Positions 44,471 to 55,770 of a DNA stretch of 64,000 nucleotides are shown one piece after another. The translations under genes and the position numbers were made by a program. Below the pieces are notes generated by a model. The model was not told where the DNA came from. It searched no databases and saw only the letters and a list, made by a program, of their open reading frames with translations. Numbering within the stretch: the first letter of the stretch is position 1; each line of letters starts with the position of its first letter. Origin of the DNA: Marsupella aquatica (taxonomy: Eukaryota > Plantae > Marchantiophyta); the NCBI GenBank assembly GCA_973895155.1, contig OZ316896.1, positions 11,336,795-11,400,794 of the forward strand, written 5' to 3'.

Positions 44471-45494
44471 GGAGGAGGCTACCCTTCCTTGCCTCCTGTG
44501 CCTAGGGTAGACTCGCTCACAATGCCTTCATGTTGTTGTATAAAAGAGGTCCTATGGCAAAGGAGTTGCTGCAAAAACACGAGGGTGAGTGCAAGACTTT
44601 TGCCCTATTGTCCCCCAATGCTCTGTCCTTGCTAGCCCTGCCCTCCTGCCTGGGCCAGATAAAATTCACCCCACCCTCAATCGAAAGAAACTAAATACAA
44701 CACCCCCCACCATCCAAAATAACGGCAAGATGGAAGGGCCAAGGTGAACAGACAATAACTAACCCTAACACCCTATCTTTATAGGATGAAACCAATTTCA
44801 GTCCATTAAAATAAAACCTACCCGTAGGAAAACAAAAACACCTCACCATCTAAAAAAGAAAAGTAAGTTGGGGTTACTTTTGGTGGGAGTTTGGCCACTT
44901 CTTCTTTTAAAAGAATTAGAAGTGGAAAATAAAACAAGCAGACAAAAAACAGGGGAAGACTAGGAGCATGAACTAAGGCATTGTGTGCTAGGCTACCCTA
45001 GGCACAGGCAGCCTATGTGCATGATTGTAGAGATTGTGGGCCAGGCTAGACACAGGCGCGGGAGGCAAGGAAGGGTAGTCTGGGCACGGGCTGCCACACA
45101 GCACAGTGATCTAGGCCACAAGCACTGTGGACAATAAACAAAGGTCACTTTTGGGTGATCCAAAGGTAAGGAAAAAATGTACTTTAGATCCAACGGCTGA
45201 GATTGATTCCTGCCCAAATCTGCTTTTGTACGAGGACGATGCCCACAAATGGGCGGGATTGAGTATTCTAGAGTTAAGATGTACTGTGCCATGTGACATG
45301 TGCCCACACGTTGGCCTGATTTTCCATACAATGATACAATGGTTATGTTCTATGATCAGTGAGTGTTGTTTCTTTTATCTATGTGGCTGCTTTTTGATGT
45401 ATACTTATTGGAACATTCAGTCCAAGTATCAAGTTAGGGGCTTTTTGACTTTTTTTGCCTTTTGGCAGGGGTACATGTATAAAAATGAAGCGCT

Positions 45495-46180
45495 TTTACC
45501 AAAATTGGATTATCTTATATACTTGAAACAAGAAATGATGGGCTTGTACTAAAATTGGATTACCTTATATGTGAAACAAGAAATGATGCTCTTGTACCAA
45601 AACTGGATTACATTATATATGAAACAAGAAATGACGGGCTTGTACCAAAATTGGATTACCTTATATATGAAACAAGAAATGATGGGCTTGTACCAAAATT
45701 GGATCATCTATAACTATAATAATGGATTTTTTAATTATAATAAGAGATTTTTCCTTTTATTTTGTCTTTCGTCCCAATACAAAAAAAACTCTTGGACAGA
45801 AAAAATCTATAGTAGTTGAATTGACTTAATTTTTTCCCTGATCATTGATGAAAGAAATGTGCACCCCTAAGGCATATGTGTTCCCTGCTGCCCCATAAAT
45901 GTCCAGACCAGACTCTCTATGGGTGAACCCTCCTTGCATCTTATATACACTACACAAAAAATGATGGGCTTGTACCGAAATTGGATTATCTTATACACTA
46001 CACAAGAAATGATGGGCTTGTACCTAAATTGGATTATCTTATATACTACACAAGAAATGATGGGCTTGTACCCAAATTGGAATTATCTTATATACGAAAC
46101 AAGAAATGATGGGCTTGTACCCAAATTGGAATTATCTTATATACGAAACAAGAAATGATGGGCTTGTACCAAAATTGAAC
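45495..46180. repeat. Split 42/43-bp minisatellite (two arrays: ~45495-45705 and ~45935-46180)
   Basis: Unit acaagaaatgatgggcttgtaccaaaattggattatcttatatac; ~5 + ~6 copies. Confidence 0.95.
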
Positions 46181-46203
46181 TCTCGTAGTGGACATCATTG
46201 TTT

Positions 46204-46770
46204 TCATTGCTCATTGCATGATGCAAAATGATCATCCGGTACAGAGTGCAACTTCGTTCTGCTGTACCGTAAAATAATCAATCTCACGGACCGATCCGGT
46301 GCCATTGATCGATCGTGGTTGTGCATGTTTCGGACCACGTGGTATGCCATCAATCCATCGCCGAATTGCCACCAGCTCTCAATAGGTGGCTGTTCGTTTC
46401 GTTGCAAGGTCATCACAGATCGAAATTTCTGAGTCTGACTGGGAAGTGGATAACATGTCCGGATGACGCCAACGTGGTATGCAAAATCAATCCTTCGCCG
46501 AGTTGCCACCAGCTGGTTGCTGTCGAATTCTGACCAAAATTCTGCCCAAGATGATGACACACCAAAATGTTTCTTCAGTTCTGAGTAAAAATATACACAC
46601 CAAAATGTTTCTTCAGTTCTGAGTCTGGGAAGTGGATAAATTGTCATCATGACCGTATTTTGGCGACGTGGACCGAAGCCGTTAGTCGTTATCCCGTCCA
46701 TCGGTCCATGCACAACCGGTTCCTCATGCACAGCTGCTGTGACATGGCCCAGCAAGTGAACCGACAGCAC
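46204..46770 (-). pseudogene. CpG-retaining gene fragment with internal duplications (188-aa open frame, family unknown)
   Basis: Internal duplications: acgtggtatgc..atcaatcc.tcgccga.ttgccaccagct (~46338 and ~46472) and acaccaaaatgtttcttcagttctgagt (~46559 and ~46597). Confidence 0.3.
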
Positions 46771-49700
46771 CCAAGATCGATCCAGAAGTTCGGATTAGGC
46801 TTGGGCCACTGATGCTCTAGAGAATGATGCTGGGAAGTGGGAACTGTCTTTGGCATTGGACCACGATGGCAGATCTTGGCCTAGGAGCTACTTAGTTGTT
46901 GGTACTCTACTGCTGCACCTAGTGGGGAATAACTGTAGGACCCCACTGTGGGCTCCGGGCAAGGGACCGGGAACTTCGGGAGGGGGTTAGTGAGATGCTA
47001 GCAAAATGGAAGTCTATTGGAATGGGCACCGTTAGCGAAGGAATTCTAGGGAAATCTGATTGCTGGTGAGTCACAATTGTATCCAAATTCAGTCTAAATT
47101 TAAAGTAGTCTCTCGGGCACCCCTTAGTTCAACTCGGGCACCCCTTAGTTCAACCGCCACTAGCCAAAAAAAGGGGAGTGTCCAAGATTCCTCCCATTTT
47201 CTCTTGTCTCCTTCAGTATTGCTCCACAAATTCAGGAAAAAGGATTTTGTCATGGCCATTGGTGGTTTAACCAGGTCACTAGCCTCCAATGTTGGATTTT
47301 CTAGGACTCCACGTGGTCACCGAATTCGCTAGCCAAAAAAGGAATCCAGAATTTGGGAAAACAATTGACACAAAAATGAAGGTGTTTGAAACTAAATTTT
47401 TACTCGCTAGGGACTAAATTTCCCAGTGAAGTGATGGGATGTCAAGGATTTTTTCCTAGTATGAGCAAAAAACTGGGTCATTTCTTCTTTGCAAGCTTGA
47501 CACCTATATATAACCCTTGGGGACGAGGTGGTCTGCCTGTCTGTCAGCTCATGTGAGGACTGCAAGCGGATATTTAGCTTTTGCAAGAATGGCAACTTCA
47601 ACATGCACCGCAATGGAATTCTGTCCATTGGTAGTCAAAGACAAGACAGTGAGTCACCCTGTTCGGAGTGATGGGTGTTTCTCTGCCTCGAAAATTTCAG
47701 AGAATTCCCTTGATTTCATCGAAACAGTTAGTCATGCATTGCGCTCTCATGCGGGCTCTCATGGAGTCAAGTTTTGTGTAACTAAAGCCAGCGGACAAAG
47801 ATTGCAAAGGGATTCCTTGCGGTTCTTAGTCACCAGAGAGATTAGCTGTTCATGTAGTACCCTGGCCTTCCTGCTCACTTGAACTCTTTTCTTTGTTACC
47901 ATTGTAACCCGAACTTTTTCTGTTTCTGGAGAAGCGAGCTCACAACCAAAAGACGGGTTTGGCTAGTAGCTAGACCACAAATTCCAGCAGTAAGGCCAGC
48001 TTCAAATCCGAGACTCTAGCTACACAGTGTGAAACCAGTAATGCAACGAGAGACACAATGACATGAAATTTGGTAGGGATTTAGAGCAGCATTAGTTCGA
48101 TAACTAAGTAGTTACGCCATTGCACTACTACCTCTAAATAGTAAAGATAACAGGATGGAGGCTAGGCCTGATCAAATCACAGGACAGTATACACGTGAAC
48201 AACATTACGAAGTCAGAGAATAGGTGAAAGTTGTTGGAGATGACGATCTCCTACTGTCGTTTGTCCCCCTTAGTTTAGCCTAGACTTAGTGCCCCGTCTT
48301 TAGCAGAGTTGTCTTATCCTGATTCATTTGGTAATTACATTCTCAGTGTCCGATGTTGCTTAGATTCAGGTGACTCCCTTTACCTGTGTGTTGTGACTTT
48401 CGTTGTTGCTTGTGGATAACCTTTGGTGTCTCTGATCGATTAATTCCATCATCTGAAAATCTCAACGCTAGTACCGTTTCTTCGTTAAGACGGTACGTTA
48501 GTAAATGAAAAACACAAAGCGTAAAGAATACTAAGTAACTGGTTCACGTAAGATACATATGTACATTCAGCGTAATCTCAGTCCATCTCGAAATTATTAG
48601 TTGCATTTGGCGCTCACAGTGGAATTATTCATCCCAAGTGGTGATATTTTGTACAGTATTAGAACATTTGCTCGTTCTCGGTTAGATTATCGTTGGTAAT
48701 TCAAAACATTGAAGTGCTGTCAGATTTATCGACTTTGTAAACAGACATACATTGATAGAAGCATCTTGTTCATAATCACGGAGCAATTTTCGGTGTATAT
48801 ACGTTAACACCAAACGCAACAAAGAGGATGAGTGACCTACTGATCCAAGAGCTAGACCCACGTTATACTCCCGGTCCTACTACAGTATCGATCCACAATG
48901 AAGCTCGTACGTTATTCTCGCTCTGCAATTCATAGAGCTGAAGTCTCAGGCCCGAGGTTGCGTTACGACAGATTCATGGAGAATAATGCCATGCCTGTTG
49001 CTGTGACAGCTATGAGCTCAGAATTATAAGCCATTATCCCTTGGCAGTTAGTCGTCGGTCCTTTCAGGCAATTGCCAAATTAAAGCTTTCACAGCGGGCA
49101 CGGTGATTTGTAGATTCAATTTTCCCTTCGGACGATTCGGTGGAGGATTCTGTAATTCCCGTGCGGCGATAGATTCAACGTCACGCATGACATTGTAATT
49201 GCGAGATTTCAACTGGGACCAAAAGTGCCCAGCTAGCAAAGTGGAACACATCTGAACTATAATCAAAGTCACCGTTCACGAACAGGGCCCACAAAACTTT
49301 AAATCAAGTGAAGTTCATGAATAAATTATATCACAAGTTCAGTAGGAGTCAAGAGAGAACTGTAGATATACGCAACTAATACTCCCCGTTCCTATGACTA
49401 CATCTTTCGGTCCAGATTGTCTAAACTTGTGCTGAATTGAATTGATTCAAACATGCATGTACAGCGCTGGGTTGAGGTCGTAATTTACGAGCTCGGTTTC
49501 TACTTGGCGCCTACTGTCTGAACGTCGAACTAACTCTTCGTGCTCTCTCCTATAATACGATTCGAGCGACAACCACTCGACCGAATCGTCTGAAGAGAAA
49601 ATGGAACCATGATCGACAACCACTCCCGAACGTATGCCGCAGCCGAGCTTGGCACGCACACAATCTCGGTCCGTTCCAGGTTGAGGAAGTTTTTGTTGAT

Positions 49701-49906
49701 TGGCAAACTTGCCAAAGTTACAGCTCTATGGAAATTGAGCCTCCTACAACGCTCCGACCCGACCTCGATCAGCTCTATTGCAAGTAGTAGTGGGACTGAA
49801 GATGCACGAATCTCCTATATATTTCAATGAGAACATTTGAGGAGGGAGAAAGAAAATAATTGACTGTCTCGCTAGCTAGCTTATCAATGAGAAGATTCCA
49901 TCCTAG

Positions 49907-51634
49907 TTAGCTCGCATTCACTGGGCATGAACAATCTAAAGTGATGTCCCTTTCCTCTGGCCATCCGAAATGGTCGAACAGCGCCAAGACGACACCGTTA
50001 GTCCAGCCGAATCCCGTCTGATCCGTGTATTCTCCACCTCCGCCGGAAGCCCCACAGACACGCACATCGAACTTCTCTTGCATGGCCCCGGTCGCCACAA
50101 AGGTAGCGTAATTCGTCCGCAGCCATCGCACGGCAATGTCTTCGGCAAGCTTCTTGGCCGCTTTAGATCGCGTGGAGTGGAAGCCCTCGATGATCATGTG
50201 CTGCAACGGGGCCCACCCGTTGGGATAGTCCCATTGCTGCCCCGTCTGAATCAGAGAAGTGGCTATGCCAGCGGGCTGAATAAGCCCCGAGCTCTTGAGC
50301 GCTCCGACGAGGTTCTCCACTCTCTCGTGCGAGAGTGGGAGACCGCACCAGACGGGCACGAAGTTGGAGGCGTAGACGAGCTTGTTCTGGCGCTTGCGAT
50401 CGAATTTCACCGCCTCGCCGTTCTCGCAGAAGCTCTCCGGCAGCCAGTAGTCGTTCCACTGCTTCATCTCCTCGTTCCACAGCACGGCCTCGATGGCAGC
50501 GCGCCTCGCCTCCGCGATCTTGGCGAACGCCCGCCGAGTCTTCGCGTCCCCCACCAGCTTCGCGAAGGTCGCGATGTTCTTCTCCATCTGGAAAAGATAC
50601 GCGTTCAAGTCCGCAGGCACGACCTTCGACGTGCGAAGCGTTGTGAGGCTGTACCGGTCCTCCATCCACCGCGAGCTGAAGTCCCATCCCGTCTCCGCAG
50701 CGCTGGCGATGTCGTGGTACAGCTGCTGTCTCTTGCTCTCCTTCACCCCCTCCGCCACCTCCATGTCGATGGTTGCGGACTCGGGCCTCGGCGTATTCCA
50801 CTTGGCGAAGTACCGGCTCAGGGAATGCACCGCGCCAGTCGAGTCCTTGATCTGCACCACGTGAGGCGATGTCGTCCAGAAGGTATGCTCTCTAATTAGA
50901 ATTGGCAGAGCTTTCTCCACGAGCGTCAAGTCGCCTGCTGCCTCGACGAGAGTCTTCACCATCTCGCTCAGGAAGGGCGGTTGGCTTCGATTCAAATAAT
51001 ACTTTCTGGCTCCATTGGGGACGAATCCGTATGATTCGACCATGGAGAGGAGATTGTCGACCATTCCTCGAGCCGTGGTCAGCATTTTGCTCACCACGAG
51101 CCCTCGAATGACCCAATAGCTGTCCCAATAGTAGACCTCCCGAAAGCGGGAACCAGGAATCACGAATGCGTTCTTCAATGTGACCATTGTGGACAACTCG
51201 GCTCTGGAGGCGACCTCCGACTTCTCCTTCCGGGAGAGAGTGGGCCATATCTCGTGCACCTCGTGTGCCCATTTGAGTGCCACCTCGTTGTGCACATTGG
51301 AGAGAAATCCTGGCGGCCGCGGATTGAAGTCCGGGGACCTGTGGAAGACCACTTCCGAGCCTGCTGGGTCGAAGTAATCCGCGACGAATTTCTGCAGCGT
51401 GGCGTTCGAGATGTGGCCATCTGCACCGCCCTGCCTCGGGAGAGCCAAGAATGCGCTCTCCGTAACGTTCAATGGCTCGCGCAGGATGAGGTCGACGTAG
51501 GTCTTGGGGTCGAAGGAAGAATCATTCTGACCCTGAGTTTCGAAAGCTGCGGCCTGTAAAGTCACCAGGAATGCCAGCAGACGAGAGACATTGCTCGTGT
51601 CGTCCACTCCGCATTCCAGCAACTGACCCGTCAT
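49907..51634 (-). CDS. TRE1: Trehalase (alpha,alpha-trehalase, glycoside hydrolase family 37), plant type; single 575-aa ORF
   Basis: Signatures PGSRFREVYYWDSYW, NRSQPP, PRPES, AAETGWDFSSRW, QQWDYPNGWAP, GGGGEY..QTGFGWTNG; N-terminal FDPKTYVDL is typical of plant trehalases. The true start may lie in an upstream exon. Confidence 0.97.
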   Translation of the reverse strand: MTGQLLECGVDDTSNVSRLLAFLVTLQAAAFETQGQNDSSFDPKTYVDLILREPLNVTESAFLALPRQGGADGHISNATLQKFVADYFDPAGSEVVFHRSPDFNPRPPGFLSNVHNEVALKWAHEVHEIWPTLSRKEKSEVASRAELSTMVTLKNAFVIPGSRFREVYYWDSYWVIRGLVVSKMLTTARGMVDNLLSMVESYGFVPNGARKYYLNRSQPPFLSEMVKTLVEAAGDLTLVEKALPILIREHTFWTTSPHVVQIKDSTGAVHSLSRYFAKWNTPRPESATIDMEVAEGVKESKRQQLYHDIASAAETGWDFSSRWMEDRYSLTTLRTSKVVPADLNAYLFQMEKNIATFAKLVGDAKTRRAFAKIAEARRAAIEAVLWNEEMKQWNDYWLPESFCENGEAVKFDRKRQNKLVYASNFVPVWCGLPLSHERVENLVGALKSSGLIQPAGIATSLIQTGQQWDYPNGWAPLQHMIIEGFHSTRSKAAKKLAEDIAVRWLRTNYATFVATGAMQEKFDVRVCGASGGGGEYTDQTGFGWTNGVVLALFDHFGWPEERDITLDCSCPVNAS

Positions 51635-53334
51635 GAAGCTTTAATCAATTGGCCTCGACTGCTTGCCCACCACCTTCCCGAATATATGATACAAAACCCT
51701 GATCAGTCAGGAGTATGAATCCAACACTCTAACCTCGAAAAATTCGTAGACTTGCCTGAGTTATATTATTCCGATACAGCTAAAACCTCGAAGCAATGTC
51801 TATCGAGACTCGAGAAGAGAAATCGATCGCAACGTTATCGCAGCGGTGAATTTGTGTGCAAGCACCAGATCACATGAGACCTAAAGCTTCCGTCCAGTTG
51901 CGCCTCTCGGTCGATGATATCACGGAAACGGTGAGTGAAAAAAAACTGATTTGACAACCTTCTGTAGTTATTCAGAGGGCATCCACGGACACGTGAACAC
52001 AAGCGCCACAGAGACATGGAGTGACAGAATGCTATCAACCGAATTATACACCAAATCTATGTTTTCTACCGGATGCAAGTCCGAAGTCCGAGTCGGAGAG
52101 TGATTGCATTGATCAGTCATCAATCCGTTCGCCAAGTCTCCAAATACCAAAGCTGCAGCAGCAGCAGCAGCCGCATAGCAAATTTCTCGAGAGTAAAAAC
52201 AAAATTCACTCCCTTAGACCCGAGTGATTGATCAGTCTAGAGAATCGAAGATCGAGATCGATCACATAAGACACTGGATTCACGACAAGCACTGGAGGAC
52301 TGATGAATGAGATCGGCGGAAAGGATTGTGGGAAACGAAATCTTGTCAGAGGTCCCGGAAGAGTGAAAGTTCGCAGCAGTGCTGCAGCAAGCAAGAAAGC
52401 CGTCTCCCAGTAGACGATCGATGGACGGACGGATGGATGGACGAAAGCCCCGAATCAGTTGTGGCTCCAGCGCGCCGTGGGCAGCCGTGGTGGTGGTGAT
52501 AGCTAGTGCTGGACCTACTCTAGCTTTTACGTACTCCAGAGCCACATTCATTCACCAGACAACAATCTCACAGCCGACTCCTCCAATCAGCTGTCCCAAA
52601 AGCCAGCCCGTTGCGCCGAGTGATCGATCCACGATCATGCGTGGAATGGAACAGAGGAAAAAAAAGGGCAATCGAGCTCGCTCTTCCCTTCAAGTACACA
52701 CAATCTCTCCCTCACTCCCTCACTCATTCATTCACGAGGACCCCAGAGGACCCCAGCAGCAGCAGCAGCACTTTAATTTTTTCCAGCAGCCCCACTCACA
52801 CCACTCCAACAGTACACTGCAGTCGCAGCAGCACCGCTACTGTTGCTGTCATCATCGAAGACCTGATCTGGACCCGACAAGATTACAAAAGAACTTCACC
52901 TCTGCACGTCACATGGACGAATCGGCGAATCATTTTGCTCTCTCTCCAACCTGTCCTGTCATGTCACGGCTGCGACGCAAAGAAACGGACCCCCCTCCTT
53001 CCCTCGCTCGTGGATCGATCACCCATAGCCCCTTCAATCCCTCTCTCAATCGATATTCTATCTCAACTCATCTACTACGGATATATATAAATCAAATCAG
53101 CACAGCAAGAGGAGCAATTCGAGAGGGAAGCATGTCTGCCCGTGCATGTCGGCTGAAGGACCGACTAGAGTGCTAGACTTCTAACAATGTGATATATAGG
53201 GTGCACGACAAAGTGACAAACGGAGAAGAAAGGGGCTGCGGATGGATAGTGAGCCAGTGAGGCACGTAGGCCAGTTGGACTACACAGAGCGTGACACCTG
53301 TGCTGATTCCACGAACCAGTTCGCCGAGCTTCAC

Positions 53335-53930
53335 GGCTGACTGTTCGATCGATCCGCATCGCCATGCACTGGCGTAGCCTGACCTCGCCCAGCATAGCCT
53401 AGCTTCGCTTCATCGAAACTGCCGTAGCACCATCCTGGTTCGTGCAGTACGTAAAATGATTATTAAATTTCTGTACGTGAGCATTTATTTATTTTATTTC
53501 TGACGAAAACATTTTGGATTGCTTGTGTCAGATGTCAAAAGGATTTTGTGATGTACGCTTTACGAGTGTTGTAAAGCGTTTGATGTAAATAGTGACCTTT
53601 ACAGTGTCTACCATTTTTTTTTTAAACTGAAATTTTTAAAACCATTTGGCCCAGCGTTACAGCTGACTGTTCGATCGATCAGCATCGCCATGCACTAACC
53701 CAGCGTGGCCTAACTAAGACTACCGTAGTACCATCCTGGTTCGTGCAGTACACAAGTAATTGTTGAGAAAATGGGACCAGTCCTGAATAACACATCTTTT
53801 GGAGTGCTTGTCAAACCTCAGAAGAATTTTGTGATGTAAAACTTTAAAATGGTCTAAAAGCTTCCAAGGAAAATGGTCTAAAAGCATTTGATGTAAACAA
53901 TGAATTTTTGGTGTATACATTGTTTTGCAG
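53335..53930. repeat. ~330-bp tandem duplication upstream of trehalase
   Basis: gctgactgttcgatcgatc.gcatcgccatgcact..ccgtag.accatcctggttcgtgcagtac at ~53336 and ~53662; downstream attttgtgatgta..tttgatgtaaa also shared. Confidence 0.85.
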
Positions 53931-54044
53931 ATAAAAGAAACTCAAGAGTAGAAATATTTTTGGACTTGTATTATCGACTGGCCAGGTTTAGAGATAATTC
54001 ATATTTTGGGCAGGTCCTGCACTACCTGGGATGGCACTATGGTA

Positions 54045-55770
54045 GACTAGTATCCCTCTAGCTAGGCCACCATTTTCTTTGTTAGTTGCTCAGTAGTAGT
54101 GGTTGTCAGCACCTTTAAGGCAGTCTGTTTTCTATCTTCGTTTAGGGGGAGGGGGGAATGACTGGACAGGGGTTAGCAAGCGTCAATGCGGCAATGTTAA
54201 ACTGCCATTGACACCTAAGCAGAACCTGGTGGATCCATGTCACTCTACCTACTGTAGTCAAAATGTTCTTAACAAAGTGAGAAAGTGGGTAAAAGATGAC
54301 TATTTAATCCTCTGCAAGGTTGTGGGGACACTGGCTGTTCCAGACTCCCTTGTCCCCAAAGCAAAACCTGGTGCATCCAGGTTACCGCAATTGGTCAACA
54401 GTCATATTCTTACAGTAAAAAGGTACACCAAAGGCGGGACAAAAAGTGACCATTTTATGCCATTGTCAAGACTATGTGGGCCCCAGTTTGTGTTAGAGTG
54501 ATTGCATTGACACATAGTAGTCAGGCAAAAACTCTTGCAGGTTGCAGGAAATAGTGCAAATTAACAACTCTTATGAGGCATGACTAGGGTGACTCCTCAG
54601 GTTTCCACCTGCATTCCAACCCTACTAAGGCCAGTCAGGAGTCACTTTGTGTCAAGACCATCTTTGACATGCCCTAGTAGGAGGGAAAATTAACAACTCT
54701 CTCGAGGCAGGACTAGGGTGACCTCTAAGGTTTCCACCTGCAGTCCATCCAACCCTACTAAGCCCGTCAGGAGTCACGGTGTGCCAAGACCATCTTTGAC
54801 ATGTCCTAGTTGGAGGGATTCAAACCTGTGGCACCTCTACAGTAGTCTTTTTTTGGGGTCAATTGACTGGATACAAGGGATTCGTAGGCCCTGGAAACTT
54901 GCTGTGGTGAGGTATTGTCAAATGACCGGCTAGAGAACCCAGCCTCCCGGCCCACCAGGGATTGCCTTCCGCATGCTAGAACTGGCAAGTTTGGGCATGC
55001 ATTAGCATCACTTGGCCCGGGTCACCACCAGGACCAAATTAAGCAGACTATTCCCTGGAAGGTCATTAATGGCTTTCCTACGTTGACGTTGCCCAAAAAA
55101 ATCCATAAATTGACAAGAGTAGTCTGATCCCCACTTTTTGGTGGGGTTTGTGTAAAAAGAGATCACCCTTAGCAGGATTTGAACTCACCACCTCCAGCTC
55201 CATACTTGCATGGGCTCGGGCATGGGCCTTTTTTTGTTTAAACCTCTTTGGTTGCATATAGTTTGGGCAGCCGGTTTGGGCAGCGCACGCGGGTATGGTA
55301 GGCCATTAATGACTTTCCAGGGACCCGTAGCCTTGAAACCTAGATTATATAGAGTAGACTAGACCAGATCGACTAGACCAGATTAGTTGACTATAATTGT
55401 AGGCCACCCTTCTCTGTAGTACAGTCTAGTACATCCGCCAATACTATTAATAGTAGAGGTTGTCAACCTTTGGGGCAGTTGGTTCAATTGTCTTTATTGG
55501 GGGAAAGGGAGGGGGGACTGTCATTAAGTGGACCCTGGAAAAGTTGTGGCATAGAGCACTCTCCTAGGTAGCGTCATGTCAAATGACTGGGTAGAGACCA
55601 CTTTAGTGGCCTTGACTCACCACTCAGTCTCAGTTTTGTATCTCCACCCGGCCAAGCTAATGTTTACTTTTAATTGAACCCGCCCTCCCAGTCTGCTAAG
55701 AACAGCACGTCTAGGCCAAAACTGGAGTACATTTGGGCATGGGTTTGGGCGTGCACTAGCGTAGTGTAGA
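54045..55770. mobile_element. Cluster of nested and duplicated non-autonomous repeat fragments
   Basis: Direct repeats 54560-54680 / 54688-54810, ~54050-54170 / ~55400-55525, ~54885-55010 / ~55530-55760; inverted repeat 55052-55078 / 55297-55323. Confidence 0.6.

Noticed and set aside
49970-50899. 309-aa plus-strand ORF and 212-aa alternative-frame ORF over trehalase
   Set aside because: Shadow ORFs expected from GC-rich codon usage; no recognisable domain.
52379-53176. 265-aa plus-strand ORF
   Set aside because: Non-ATG start, low complexity from CAG and CT tracts, and it lies in the trehalase leader/promoter region.
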